DNA of 64,000 nt, from assembly GCF_002113885.1 (NCBI RefSeq), contig NW_018408866.1, positions 588,760-652,759 on the forward strand. Reading direction: 5' to 3'. Shown in pieces: positions 12,112 through 27,600 of the stretch. The notes under the pieces are model-generated. The model was not told where the DNA came from. It made no database searches and saw only the letters and a list, made by a program, of their open reading frames with translations. The translations under genes were made by a program, and so were the position numbers. The stretch is from Mizuhopecten yessoensis (Eukaryota). The number at the start of each line of letters is the position of its first letter. The stretch's first letter is position 1.

Positions 12112-12655
12112 ACAGGTAATTCTTTTGCCCTGTGCAAAATGATCCGACTCTCAACAGGGACAGATTTTTATATATTTGATAATAATAATAATAATATTTA
12201 TTCGGTAAAAGCAAGATACAGGTACAAATATCACATATGATCACAGATTTCAATTGCATAATAATCACAGATTTATCACAGTATTTAGCTTATTTTAATT
12301 ATCACATCAAAGTTAATATCACAAATTTTGGAGCACTATAATTACAATGTATCTGTTTGACTAAGCTTTAACCTAGGATATCCCATGAAAGCTGGGTGGC
12401 AGCTTATTTCCAATGGGGTCCTCTAGTATAGATCTTAATTACTTAGATAACAAAAGGTCCTAAGGATTTGACCTTATAATATGAATATAAGATGGTATAA
12501 TTTCTCGTAATAATATATATATGAATAGAATAAGTTGTAATTGGTCAAATATGATGATGATATATTATTTCATCAAAATAAGATGTTATTTTATTTGACG
12601 GTATAAGATGGAGTTGTCATTAGCAAATATGATTTCCTTCTGATAATATATATAT

Positions 12656-13359
12656 NNNNNNNNNNNNNNNNNNNNNNNNNNNNNNNNNNNNNNNNNNNNN
12701 NNNNNNNNNNNNNNNNNNNNNNNNNNNNNNNNNNNNNNNNNNNNNNNNNNNNNNNNNNNNNNNNNNNNNNNNNNNNNNNNNNNNNNNNNNNNNNNNNNNN
12801 NNNNNNNNNNNNNNNNNNNNNNNNNNNNNNNNNNNNNNNNNNNNNNNNNNNNNNNNNNNNNNNNNNNNNNNNNNNNNNNNNNNNNNNNNNNNNNNNNNNN
12901 NNNNNNNNNNNNNNNNNNNNNNNNNNNNNNNNNNNNNNNNNNNNNNNNNNNNNNNNNNNNNNNNNNNNNNNNNNNNNNNNNNNNNNNNNNNNNNNNNNNN
13001 NNNNNNNNNNNNNNNNNNNNNNNNNNNNNNNNNNNNNNNNNNNNNNNNNNNNNNNNNNNNNNNNNNNNNNNNNNNNNNNNNNNNNNNNNNNNNNNNNNNN
13101 NNNNNNNNNNNNNNNNNNNNNNNNNNNNNNNNNNNNNNNNNNNNNNNNNNNNNNNNNNNNNNNNNNNNNNNNNNNNNNNNNNNNNNNNNNNNNNNNNNNN
13201 NNNNNNNNNNNNNNNNNNNNNNNNNNNNNNNNNNNNNNNNNNNNNNNNNNNNNNNNNNNNNNNNNNNNNNNNNNNNNNNNNNNNNNNNNNNNNNNNNNNN
13301 NNNNNNNNNNNNNNNNNNNNNNNNNNNNNNNNNNNNNNNNNNNNNNNNNNNNNNNNNNN
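12656..13359. other. Assembly gap (704 N)
   Basis: Run of N. Confidence 1.
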
Positions 13360-13929
13360 TTTTTTTTTTCCTCCAAAATAATATGAAATAGCTATATAGG
13401 CGAGACTTAAACAGCGGGCATGAAATTTACACATGAAATAAATGTTTCCTACATAATTTAACAGTTAAATATTTGTACTTTCAGTAGAGGTTACCATGCA
13501 TCCAGTCCTCGCGGAAGGGTTACACCAGGATCCCCCATCCCCCATCCCCATCCCTCCCTTAACCCCTGCCAGCCTGCGGGTTTTTATTTCAAAAAATATG
13601 TTTCCATTTTGGAACAGGGGCAATTTCGGCCCATTTTTATCAAAGTCGTTCTGAACAATATGTCATATGTTAAAATCAACTTGGATTTGAAAGAGTTATA
13701 ATATATGATATTAAATGATGGCGCTCGGTGGTGGTGGCTGGTGAAGTGTGGGACGAACATTTTTAAGCTTTTAACTGCTTTTAAACTGCTTTTAATTTGC
13801 ACGGGTGGTAAGGAGGTGGTGTGAGGACAAAAGTCAACACTTGCTGATACTATTTTATTGATTATATTCAAGAACTGTAGGTTTTAGCATGGAATTAGAT
13901 TAGATGTTATCTAAGTCCGTGGTTTTAGT

Positions 13930-16900
13930 GACATTTTAAAATATAGCTCTGCCGAGTGAGCTCGGGTCGGTCCACTGGGTGGACTAAAAACCAATCTTTT
14001 AATCATTCCGTATATATTTTTATGTAATTTTATAATGTTTTATTAACAATCGGCGATATTACGCAGGTGTACCGTGTCTGCTATAGTATAGCAACTCTGC
14101 TTCATTTTATTGAATATTTTATTGGAAATCTAATGGTAGACATACATTTTTGGGTCACGTGACTGCAATTTCCCGCGCTAGCTATCGTGCAACTGCCGCA
14201 ATAATACAAGATGGCTGCCCCCATTGCAACCAGATCATCAGGCAGACAACGGAAGCCAACAACATATTTCACTCCGTGAAAAATCAGATATCTGAAACAG
14301 AGATGAAGCGACAACTGGTGCGAGGGAAGTTGGTTATACTCTTAATAAATGTTCTGCGATTAGAAAGAAAATCTCTGCCGGGTAAAGGAGCTTAGATTGT
14401 GAGGGAACCTCAACAGGCGGCGGGCTGGTTCTAAAATTCTCTGCTGCAGCCTACGAATTTTATCGGGTTCAGATGGAAAAAGCTGTTAAACTAACTGATG
14501 GTATCATGGTAGATAAAAGTGAGAGCTATGACAAGAGCGGTTTGTGTGTCCGTGAGCTGTGGAAAGTGTCGGACTCACAGGCGAGGAAACTCCTGCTAGT
14601 AAGATTTACTCTATCAACCTATATCATACTACTTATTCTGCCCTTGTAAATGGATGTGATCTTTGTATATTCGTGTCCTATTTCCGCTCTATTGTCAATT
14701 ATATGAACGATAAGTCATTCAAGCATTTGAACAATCAGATCTCAGAAAAATGTAGCGAGTTACTGGCTCAGATGGAGAGAAGAGCAAGCTCTAGTTCTAA
14801 TATCGTGCGAAACAGGACAAAGAGCGACAGTTCAAGTCAGGAACCCAGCCCTAGTCAGGTAGCCAATCGCGACCTTTGTACCACTAACGCAACAGCAAAA
14901 AGTCAACTTGTTTCATCTGCTCAGTATTCTTCTATTTCCAATAGTGAAGGCAACATCATACTGACTCCTCATGCTGATCATGCCTGCGTCAGAACATCAT
15001 AGACAGCAGCCTGCAGACCAAGCTTCCCGAAACTAGCGTGAGTCAAGTGGAGCATCTAAAATCACTACAGACCAATATGCAGACGAGTGTTGCAAATACA
15101 AGATGTGAGAACTTCTCAACCAACCTGTCTGCTCCGAAAAGTAACTCTATTATAGAGGGCGATGGGAAGTCCTGCTCAACAGACACCCCTACCTCTCAGT
15201 CTACTCATGAGTGCACACAGGCCCTGGGTAAAGACTCCAAGCAACTACGCCAACAAGAGCTGAAATTAAGGAAAAGAGAGGACGAACGCAAAAAAGAAAA
15301 GATGGCTGTAGGGGAGGTTACTAAAAATGTATCCAGACTTCACTCCCATATTGTACACCTGGAAGAGAAAATAAAAAACCTTGAGGATACAAACAAAATT
15401 TTAAAAATGAAAGTAAACTCATCTATGTCAGATAATACCTCACCATGTAATTGTAACTCTATCAGTGGCTGTAAAGTCAATGAATCACAGGGGACACCGG
15501 CCGGCTATGCGAAGGATGACTCTCGAGAGGTTAAAACCCATACTTCAGCAAGTGATAGAGTGAGTGATCTGGAAAATACAGTAATCGACTTGAAATTGGA
15601 GCAACTTTATCACAAGATCAGTTCACTAGAAGAACGAAGAAGTCTTGCAGGGAAAATTCAAGACATCGAGATGAATCAACTTATAGGTAGGATTGAGACG
15701 ATAGAGGGACTCGGCCAACCTCAGAACATACAGCAGTAGCCCTTTTTTGGACCATCCCCAGGGATGTATCATCAACACATACCACCCACAGCATATTATC
15801 AAGGACCTCCATTGATAAGAAAACCAAATATCAACCGGAACCAGTTCAAGGAAACAGGGGGACAGGAGAAACTAAATGTGTCAACAAAAAGAAAGACCTT
15901 CCAGCAAGCAGTCGATAAGGTTGCGGATGAAATAACTACTCGTGCATGGGTGTCCGGAAAAAATGTACCCCCGGAGCTACAGGCTTAAATAATTCCAACA
16001 ACTCCACCTCGAAACCTTTCACACAAGGAAGGAAAGAACATGCAGAGGATACGGGCATAGATAAGCTAGAGGAATCCATCATGTTAGTCACAAACACTAC
16101 TCCATGTCCTAACTCGATTGCAGTGTCTTTTTTTAGATGTCAGCCCAACACGAAGGACGCCAATATAGCAAAGCTAGGAACGGTTTCATATAATTGTAAA
16201 AACTTCCTCAACACCTTAGACTGTATCGAGAATTTGACCAATATGGCCTCAATTATTTGTTTACAGGAACATTGGCTCCTCTACCATGAACTGTATAAGC
16301 TGCGCAGTACGCGAAGAAAATTCTGCTGTTTAGGTAAATCTGTAGACCAACACAACCCACGTCCACCTACGCAAAGACCAAGGGGCTACGGGGAGTTGCA
16401 ATATTATGGTGTACAAGCATTGATCACCTAGTAACTGAACTAGAAGAATGAAATGAACGAAAAGTATGTGTGGAAGTCAAAGGCAAACCCCGCCCACTTG
16501 TTATTGTTTCCGTCTATATGCCATGCGGAAATTCCAGGAATTCAGATTCTATGTATGAGGACTGCTTGATCATCCTACAGGAGATTACAAGGAACTATTT
16601 TGATACACATGATGTTTTTATCCTCGGCGACATGAACTGTGATCTCACAAAGACCTCTCCTCGTCAGTCAATACTAAACCGATTTATGAATGAGTGTGGA
16701 TTCCAGACCGAGTACACCAAAGAAACCTTTGAGCATCCAAATGGCAGAGATAATTCGACTATTGACTATGTCCTAGTTCATCAAACGTACAGTCAGGAAC
16801 AGGGCATGCCATCAATCGTCAGAATGGACGATCTTACCAGTAATACCTCGGATCATCATCCAATTATGGTAGTTGTACTCTACAACACTACATCAAAGTC

Positions 16901-19900
16901 GGATAACACTACTACTGATATACCAGCAAATCCCAGAAGGATAAATTGGAAGAAAATGGACAAGGCCAGGTATCAATAGTTGCTGTCAAAAAACCTTGAA
17001 GGTATTGACTGGGGGTACCTCTCAACTGAACTCATCACACTTCAAATTCAGGACATATTCTCCAGCTCTGCAGTTAGTGTTGCTCCACATACCACCAAGT
17101 TAAAGAGAAGTAAGAGGCAGATTTGGAACATCAAGATTGAAGAAGCTACAGCTTCTAATAAGGCAGCTCTTAGGCTGTGGAAAGAGCATAAAAGGCCATC
17201 AAAGGGTCCGATTACTGACAGAAGGAGAGAGGCAAAGAAGGAACTTCGCAGACAGAGGGAAATTGAGATAGGAAGAAAAAGGGATGACTATATGGGGTAG
17301 ATTATGGAGGCGAGAACGGGAGATAGGAAAACATTCTACCGCCTTATAGATCTGGTAAGGTAGTTCACTTAGTGAACTGACAGTTGATGACAAGACATAC
17401 AGTAATCCCAACGACATCCTACTGGGATGGAAAGAACATTTTAGTAAATTAGCTAGACCAGACCCGTCCAAGGATCACACCGACCAATGCAGGATGGGTG
17501 ATATACAGTTTGACATCGAAGTAATAAAATCCATATGCCAGGGGCAAAATCCAACCAGCGATGAAATGATAGTCCCCAGGATAGTCGAGGATGCAGTCTC
17601 GAGCCTAAATACCAACAAGGCTGAGGATGTATTCAACTTATCCGCAGGACATCTCAAGTATGGAGGTATTAACGTTACTGAGGTACTTGCCACCCTATTT
17701 AACCTGTTTATAGCTGAAGGGAAAGTTCCAGACTGTCTGAAAATTGGCCAGCTTACTCCTATCTACAAAAAGAAAGGCAATAAGACAATTGAGGCAGTTT
17801 TACGGATAAGAATCCAACCTATATTTAAACCACAACAAAACGCGCTCCAACGGGACTTCACTAGAGGGATATCTCCCCTTCGTGCTGGTCTTATTCTGCG
17901 TGAAGCTTTAGCCAACAAACCTTCATCCAAAATATTTGTGGCGATGCTGGACGCTAGGGCGGCTTTTGACACAGTAAGTCATACTATTCTTGACAGGAAG
18001 CTATTTAACCTCGGCATCAAAGGAAAGATATGGGAGGTTGTTCATGATCTCAACGTCTCTGCAAAAACCTCCATCAAATGGGAAGGATCTATGTCCGACC
18101 ACATCAATGTCCAACAAGGAGTCCGACAGGGGGGATCCTGAGTACGGATCTATACAAGATCTACATTAACAACCTACTGGATCGTATTGAGAAGTCAAGC
18201 CTTGGATCCAAAATTAGAACCGTGCACTGTGCGACCCCAGCATGTGCTGACGATGTTACGCTAATTGACCATACACAAGTCGGGCTTCAAACTCTCCTGA
18301 ACATTGTGAAGAACTATAGTGAAGAACACTACTATACGCTCCAACCAGCCAAATGTGAAATTCTCTCAGCAAACTGTAAGCATTCAGTGGATGAATATGC
18401 TCTACTCATGGTCGATTGGTGAGGATGTGCTTCCTATTGCCACAGAGTCAACACACCTTGCGGTAATCCATCACAGCAACCCAAACAAATCGGCACCTGG
18501 CACCATACAAAAGAACATCAAGAAAGGGAAATGTACTGTTTATGGGCTCATGGGTACAGGGTTTCACCGGAAAAACGCGCGAAACCCATCCACAAACCTC
18601 CATATACTTAACACGTATGAAGTTCCAATTTTCACGTATGGACTGGAAATACTAGGCCCAACAAACAAGAACCTGGAACCTGTGGAAACCGAATTTTGGA
18701 AATTACTAAAGCAAATATTCTCACTCCCTGGAAACGTGGCAGACGTTGCAGTGCATGTACTCACGGGAACGCTCCCATTAAAAGCTAAGATACACAAGAA
18801 CATGCTGAACCTATTCGGGTCAATCGCGTTAAAGCCCTCAGTTGAGACGGAAATTGCAAAGAGACAATTACTTGCAGCTAACCCGAAATCAAATAGCTGG
18901 TTTGAAAAAATATCCAACTTGTTATCAATATATGACCTACCTAGTGCTCAGGATGTAATGGATTCCGACATGTCCTATACGCATTGGAAGTCTAGAATCA
19001 ACAGAAACGTCAACGCCTATTGGGAAGCTTAGATAGTCAGTCAGTCAAAGTATTTCAAGTCCCTCAAATATCTAAACTGTATTAACTATAAGGCCGGAGT
19101 AATGCACCCGGCGCTATCCACCGTATCATCTGACAGAGGAGACATTGGAATAATGCCAGTAAAACTACGGCTACTGACGGGTACCTATCTTCTGCAGAGT
19201 AACCGGAGTGCCTTCAATCAAAACACTGAGGACCCCACGTGCCTTCTCTGTAAGCAAGGAGCCGAAACAAGGGAGCATTTTATTATGGATTGTCCAACCC
19301 TTTTGTTTCTGTACGTCAATCCCACCTTGCGGAATCATCTCAACATCTAGGTGACAATACAAGGCTGAACATGTACATTGCAGTTATTCTGGACTCGACC
19401 AGTGTTAGTACGTCTGACCCAGATCTGCGTGGAAAGGTGGAATTCATCTCGAGGCGGTTGTGTTATGCTCTTCACCGGCAACGTGAACTGTTTTTATCTA
19501 AGCTACCAGCTAACAAAAAGAAAGGTCTATAAGATATTGTGCCAGACTCGTGTATAAATGTATTAGTACTGGAGAGACTTTTCCCAAACAGTACTGGACA
19601 CCAGCTATTCGAGGAGACCCAGGTTGTGTGTATATGACATTGTGCGTGTTTTTTATAGAGTAATAGTTTTATCACATTCCTGCCGCATGCGTGTATATAC
19701 ACTCCGCTATCGTACGCCTCACTAACCTACATTTCCAGCACACACGCAGGTGCACACGCAGGCATACGCACACGGGGAGATATTAGCCAGGTGGCAAAGG
19801 GATAGTAGTTAGCGCCTGATAAAGCAGCTCCTGCGAATTCCTCATAATTTTTTTTTTATTGAATTAATGTTATGCTAATGGTATTAATTGTATATCTATG

Positions 19901-19960
19901 TACCGTAAAGCGCTTTAGAGTGGCTTATGTTAGCTAGATAGGGCACTATATCAAATGTTG
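13930..19960 (+). mobile_element. Near-full-length degenerate LINE (RTE-X-like, clade tentative): ORF1 plus APE-RT ORF2
   Basis: ORF1 remnants with CxxC and coiled coil (14150-15990); APE motifs SYNCK, CLQEHWL, SVYMP, LGDMN, TIDYV, SDHHPI; RT motifs LDARAAFDTV, GVRQGG, CADDV; C-terminal CLLC..ETREHFIMDC; many stops and frameshifts. The stem-loop tail near 19900-19960 may belong to another element. Confidence 0.9.
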
Positions 19961-22900
19961 TATATATGGATATATAGAGATATTCAATGTTTTTCATAAA
20001 ATAATAACAAAAGAGCAATTGACCATCTGTATTTGGAGAATCGTTCAACTTGTTCATGTCGGATGATTGGATGACCGAATGTGCCCAGCCCTTGTGTAAG
20101 TTTGGCTCCCGCACTGGATCAGCCCTGGTTTGTTGTTTTTCAAAGCACCTTAGAAACACTTACAAATTAGATATTGGGAATATTAAATCACTCATCTAGA
20201 TATGTCATCTGCATAGTGATAATTAACTGAAATCGATCTGCCGTCCATATTGAAATGTTTTTTACCCTTATCTATTTTTCCTTCATCTTTCTTAATTAGC
20301 TGTTGCGATGATACAAAACTCTAAACAAAAGAAGTTCATAGATTTGTTTTGTATCTGTAATTACTCCATTCCATTTCTCAATGAAAAATTGAATTAAAAT
20401 GATTAAAATCAGTCTGTTTAAAAGTGATGATGACGTTTCATGCTGGGCAATCGTAGCAATTTCAATGAAGACAGTCTGCGAAGTATTATTCTGATGCCAA
20501 TAGTCATCACATACATTGTAACAAAAACATATGTACACAATTATTAATTTACTGTAAGAGAATTTACTGCATATTTTTCTCCAAAATAATTTGGTAAGGT
20601 GAAGAAACAAATGACGCAGCAAAATGCACCTTTTTAGAATAAATCATATTGTGTTAAATCAAGTAACATGAAAATATGACAGTATTCTGAGATGAAAACG
20701 CAGAAAAAATTATCGTTGTGTTTGAATATTCAGAAACTTTTTTTTTTATTTGATAATTGTGATAAAATTACTTCAGAAGAACTTTTTAAAAGTAGCACAA
20801 ATGCCTGAAATACGTACTATAACGTCACATCAAAGATATCATTTATGTGAACCTGCCTACACTACAAAGTAAAAATGAGCACTGAACAGTAGGGATATGA
20901 ATAAACAAAAATCAAAATATTCTTCATAATGTGGTATAGCTGCAAAAAATTCGGGTTGACTTCAGTGAATGTATTGTCAACACTACGATGACGCGTGTTA
21001 ACAGTGACGTCACAGTCGCGTCACAACATGTTGTGAGCGTCAATTTATCATTTCAGAAACAGCAATTACGTGTGACTGGTATATAATATATATATATACG
21101 GACTTACCAGCATCAACTGATGTCATTTTGAAGCTAAGGACAAATAACCAAGCACATGTACCACATTGAAATAATTTTCAATTCGAGAAAAATGAAAATA
21201 TCAAAATAATACATCGAAAAATTTCAGCAGTAAAATACAAGGTGTTCATTGAAGATGACAAATTAATTGTTTGTGCAGAAAAAGAACGCCAATGCAGTCA
21301 CGGAGCAACGCATGTTGCCGGTTTTTGCGAGCCTGTACAGTACGACCGGAAGGACGAAATATTTTAAAGCCTTCATATTACGTCTTTGCGTATTGCAAAG
21401 TTATCTTCTCTTGAGAACATGTATTGATTGTTACGTCATTGGTTTGTGTGAGAAAATTGTGTCGTTTTCTCAAAAATTGATGACGTTACTCTCACAAACA
21501 AATGACGTAACAACCAATGTCTGCTCTCAAGAGAAGATAACTCTGCAATACGCAAAAGCGGAATAGCATAGAACCCATTCACTGTCATTTTCCCGTAATT
21601 TCCGTACATGTGTTGCCTTAACGGCTCGCACTGCAAAGCCTTAAAAGAGCGAAGCTTTTGTTGATCTCCGATATTTAATGATTCAGAAACTGAATGAGAT
21701 AATACTGCTTTCAGAATGAGGCAAGATAAAATGTATTTAAAGTGGACTAGTCGAGGGATAACAATTAAACATAAACTCTAATGAGGTTAAGAACGACATA
21801 ACAATAGGGGAGATCGGGGCAAATTCGGCCCATTTTTATTAAAGTCCGTTCTGGGAAGTATGGCAGCACGTCCGTTTTTGAACATTATTTAATTTTCCCT
21901 GTCGAATCAGCTTAATTATGATGTTATAAAGCATGCATCTTCAGATTAAACCGCCACTTTTACAACTTTTTATGCGTTACATGGGCCAAACTTGCCACAC
22001 GGTATCATTGACCTATTGCTTTAATGCGGCTCTTTTTGAACATATATTCCAGTAGAAATATTAACAGAACCTGGTTGATGACAAAAAGGATCTTCAGAAA
22101 ACATCCGCAAAAACTGAAATTAAAAAGTCATGAAGCACCGACAAAGAGATAAATGCAACGGCAATCAGTTCCAAGATTTTCCGGTTATCTTTTATCCTTC
22201 CGGAAATAACCGATGAAGGCCGATGGAGTTTGACGTTCTTGTGAGGTCAGAGTATGATAATCTCTGAGCGACGTTTCATGCCTGCTAGTATCAAAATTTA
22301 TGTGATAGATTTTTTCACTCAGAATGTATATCATTTGTTATCTAAATAAACAAGTAATAAAATCTGAAGATGGTTTTCACTATATGAAGATATTCATGTA
22401 TGGGTTGAAACACAATTGTCTTCGCTTCAAGGATGCACTTCCTGTTTTCCCACTGGACGTCTGCTTCCGGACGAATTTTTTTAAAGGCAACGGGTAGAAA
22501 AGGGAAGCAACTTTGTTTACGCACGCATGTGTTACCATTAAAGAGCTTCGCTCGGGCGCCTACAGCCCCCGAGAGCTACGCTCTTATTAATGATATATTT
22601 CCCAATAAACTATCAAGAAACCAAATAACCCAAAGTTTATATTTTTTGATTCCTTAATAAGAAATGCTTCAATTTAAGTATATTATCAAAAACATATGCA
22701 TAGATGTTTTTTTTCATATAATATACTCACGGGGGTTAGATACAAATGTCTGAAAATACACATATATATGCTATACTGATAATGATTACAGTGTATGCGT
22801 AGGTGTGCAGTGGCCCACATATGTATAGCATATGTGTATCTTAAACATTGTTATAACGAAACCCTAGCTATGGTGATTTCCAAGCACTAATTTTGGAATG

Positions 22901-23559
22901 GGTGTAAAGAAAACGTACACATTTATTGTGCGATGCACACATTTCATCGTATGATTTATAATGTCAGCTTTTTGGATATGTTTGTCACAAGTATTACAAT
23001 GTAGAAAAAGGCATTGATAGTAAAATTTATCATGAACTGGAACAGGTCGGTCTGACATTTGGATAACTCTAACGTCTCTGTCTAAGCACATATTTATTTT
23101 ATTATATTTTCAAAGGTAAAAATGAAAAGAAAGTTGATATTTTTCTACAGCAATTCAAAACATTTTTTGTTGTTAATTTCACGCCATAGATTTAAACTAA
23201 ACGTAACATTGGAATGTTACAATAGAATATTGACTTTGCCTTATACAGTGATGTCGCTGATTCAGCATGCTTTGTATCAACGTTTTTATGGCAGGAGAAA
23301 CACTATATGTTCACAAAAACTAATAGTCTTTATAAACACAAATGCCCAATTTGGCGACCATTTGAAAAATGAATTTGTTAAACCTCACCCAACATCAAAG
23401 TTTCAGCTTTTTTGATACTTGATAAATCACTAAATGTCTCATTATAGCAATACAAAAACATAACACATTCAGTTAGTCATCAGCTGGTGAGAAATAATGA
23501 TGATTTTTTTAATTTAAAAATATGGGGTAGGAGTAGCCTAAACTGATCAAAATATTATT

Positions 23560-24690
23560 TTGAAGACACAATTAAGAAGAAAATAATGTTTTGTGCAAAC
23601 ATTCCTAGATTTTCAGATAACACACTTGGAAGATAATGTTTTTTTTTGTGATATCTAGAAGGCTTTCATGAGGGAAAATAAGCAAAATTTGAATCTTGCG
23701 GAATCAAGGGAAATTACAAATGTTTTTATTAATATTTCATTTTTTTAAAGCAAGTGTATATCAATGCTGGCATCCTCAGGGTCCCGTCTTTTGACCCCTT
23801 CTATGTTTAATATATATTGGTGATATATAGGAAAGTATTTCCGATCACTTTGTTGATGACACATTTCCCCTGTAATCTACATACGTAGTTCATCATGCTT
23901 AATGTCAAAATAACTTTTAATGTTGATATTTATTTCTGGGTAGTAAGTTCAGGATTACAAACTAAGGCAAAAGCATGTCTGATTTCAAACACGGGAACCT
24001 GACAATTTGTTAAAGCCACATATATATTTTGACCTTAAGTAAAGTAGGGTAATTTTATACGTTTTAGGGGTTTAGATCGACTTTCGGTAAAAACACCACC
24101 CTCAATGATTGTTTATATGTCATTGGGGATGGCATTTTTACCGAATGTAGATCTAAACCCCTTAAACGTGTAAAATAACTGGAATCTCGGAAAAATTGTC
24201 GTCTCGAAGCAGCTATTATAAGTTAATTATTATATACCATTAGAACTCACTTAATACAGAAAAAGGATGGAACATCTGCCTTACTTTGTACTCATAAAAA
24301 AACGCAACATTTCTCTAAAAATTAAAGGAATCGAGTCCCTCATTATCTATCTGATATTGTACCAGCTATAAGCATCTCAGACAACTAAAATTGTTAAAAC
24401 AACTTAAGAAACTAGCAAAAGTACATACTGGAGAAAAGTACACATTTATAAGTGATATGCCTTTGTTAGGTAAGCCCATATATTATGGAATATGTTTGAT
24501 AATGGCCTTAAAACTGTCACCTTTCTATGAAACTTTCAAAAAAGTCGCTTTTTACTTCGAACTACGTGATAAAAAATCTAATGCACTTTTGATAAAACTG
24601 AGGTATAAATGTGGTTCACTAAATTCAAATTTGTTTTACTGCAACTTAATTGATTCGCCGCCATACAGACGACCTATTAGTGTCAATTGA
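23560..24690 (+). mobile_element. Highly degraded CR1-like LINE remnant
   Basis: Traces of FCDISKAF- and GxPQGSVLGP-like RT motifs, and an LRYKCGSLNSNLFYCNLIDSP tail. Confidence 0.55.
24049..24179. mobile_element. ~130-bp fold-back palindrome (MITE-like)
   Basis: GTAATTTTATACGTTTTAGGGGTTTAGATC...GATCTAAACCCCTTAAACGTGTAAAATAAC pairs over ~55 bp. Confidence 0.7.
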
Positions 24691-27600
24691 AAAAAAAAAA
24701 AAAAAAAGGACACTCGTTAGGGCAAAACAAAATTTGTTTCGGGTAACATGCCTGAAAAATAGGGTAGGTCGGTAGGCAAATAATTATTTTTAATTGTTAT
24801 TTTATTTTCGTGAATTATTATTATGCTTTATTCCAAATTTCACAATAGCTTTTAATTTGTCAAGAATTGGGCAAGACTCAAAGAACAGGAAAAAAGTACA
24901 CTTTCATGAGTGGCTGTGAACTTTGCTTGGATAATAAATGAGTCTAAGATAAAAGTAATTGAAAGGGTCGGCAGTAAAATCTAGGGTAAGTCAGGATACG
25001 TGAAACACATTTATTTTGACCTAAGACATTCTCTATGTCGTTGACTATCATAAAGCTGTTGCCATCCGCAAGAAAATTCACAACGGAATCATCTCTCTTG
25101 CAACAAAGTAGTAAATGATCAGGAATGACGTTATAAAGATTATATAATTAGCAGTCTATCTTTCCTTTTCTGCTGCTGTGCGGAGACGAGGAACTATGGA
25201 TGACGATAACACTTCTCCCCTCATTCCTACAGTTTGTTTCAGAGCCTCAACGTTTCTCCTAGATCTCGTATCTTCTCTCCTTTACATTTCCTCTCTTCAT
25301 TCAAAAGATCCATTGTTTTTTCTTATATCGTAGCCATTCTAAATGTTTTTTTTAGGTATTATAAAAATAATTCAACTAAACTGTGAATCAATATTAACAT
25401 AATAGTCATAGAATGTTTTATAAAAGACCAATAACACAAAATGTATATCCATTTATTTTATAATCAAAAGTAACAATCATTAAAGAAAAATATGGAAGTA
25501 ACTTCTAAAAGGAGAAGCTCGAGCCAAACAAACTACAAATTCCCTGTTTCGTGACAACATTTGAACCAGTATAATGTGCATGATCTATTTATCAAAATCG
25601 CGTCTATTAACGATAAAAAAGATACTTCAGTCAAAAGTTTCATAAAAATTAGCCGAAAAAGAATTTAATGACGGACATTTATATAACTTTCAATCGTGAT
25701 AAAGATCGAAACAAAATACTGCTACATGATCAACACACATACGGGAGAGAAATTGCAATTTCTTTTCAACAAAACGACGTCTAGCCCTAGTTTTTAATAG
25801 AACTGGATCACTACATTGTGTCCATCGCGATCATACCACAAAGCCATCCCACTCCAATACCAATCTAGCGTGTACGAGTAGGTTCTGCTAATTAAGGTTC
25901 ATTACATGAGGTCACAGGGAATTATTCATAATGAAGTAGACAGTATACCAATTTCGAAAATGAGTGGGATCCGTCCCGAATTAAAGAGGCTGCAGGTACG
26001 TTTTGAACTCTGATTGTTTGATTTTACCCATACAGGTTCACTTGATTATATCTATCTGCGGATGCCACAGCGGGGGACGTTAATTCGACGGATTTTCTTG
26101 TTGACGTTATTATCATGATCTCTTTGAAAAAAACCAACAACACGTTATTCATGCTCACATGATTATCTACTTAATTCAAGTGTATACAAACGCTGATTTT
26201 ATAACAAAATATTGATTGTTGAATGTTGATGAACTGAACTCTTGTCTCTTTTACTTCAAAGTTGGTGATCGAAAATCTAACGCATTTTCGATAACAATGA
26301 GGTATAAATGTGGTTCACTAAATGCAGATTTTTTACTGCAATTTAATTGATTCGCCACCATACAGACGCCTATAAGTGTCATTTGAAAAAAAAGTCAACA
26401 CGTTAAGGCAAAACAAAAGATTGTTTCAAGTAATATGCCTGAAAAAAATAGGGTAGAGCGGTAGGACATAACCAATAACACAAAATGTCCATTTGTTTTA
26501 TAATCAAAAGTAAACAATCACTAGAGAAAAATATGGAAGTAACTTCTAAAAGGAGAAGCTCGAGACAAACAAACTACAAATTCCCTGTTTCATGACAACA
26601 TTTGAACCAGTATAATGTGCATGATCTATTTATCAAAATCGCGTCTATTAACGATACAAAAAATACGTCAGACAATAGTTTCATAAAAAGTAGCCGAAAA
26701 AGATGGCTTTGAATGTCGACAATATTATATGAAAAAAATAATCAATGACGGACATTTATGTAACAGTTTAATCGTGACAAGGATCGAAACAAAATACTGC
26801 TACATGATCAACACACAAACGGGAGAGAAATTGCAATTTCTTTTCAACAAAACGACGTCTAGCCCTAGTTTTTAATAGAACTGGATCACTACATTGTGTC
26901 CATCGTCATCATATCACAAAGCCATCCCACTCCAATACCAGTCTATCGTGTACGAGTAGGTTCTGCTAAGTTTCATTACATGAGGTCACAGGGAATTATT
27001 TATTATGAAGTAGGCAGTACACCAATTTCGAAAATGAGCGGGATCCGTCCTTAATTAAAGAGGCTGCAGGTACGTTTTGAACTCTAATTGGTTGATTTTA
27101 TCCATACAGGTTCACATGACCATATCTATCTGCGGATGCCACAGCGGGGGACATTAATTCGACGGATTTTCCTGTTGACGTCATTATCATAATCTCCTTG
27201 AAGAAAAAAAAACCACCCACGTCGTTCATACTCACACGATTACGCTGATTTTATAACAAAGTATTGATGGTTGAATGTTGATAACCTGAACTCTTGTCTC
27301 TTTTACTTCAAAGTTGATGACAAATCTAACGCATTTCCGATAATACTGAGGTTTAAATGTGGTTCAATAAATTCAGATTTGTTTTACTGCAACTTAATTG
27401 ATTCACCACCATACAGACGCCTATTAGTGTTATTTGAAAACAAATGTCAACACGTTAAGGCAAAACAAAAGTTTGTTTCAGGTAATATGCCTGAAAAAAT
27501 GGGGTAGAGCGGTAGGACATTGTTTTAATGAATTAATATTATGCTTTATTTCATATTTTGCAATGTATATCCACACATTACAATGGCTTTTAATTTGTCA

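Noticed and set aside
12586-13434. ORFs of 261-282 aa
   Set aside because: Almost entirely the N gap.
14150-19532. Run of plus-strand ORFs resembling an operon or novel RT system
   Set aside because: Colinear fragments of one decayed LINE broken by stops and frameshifts.
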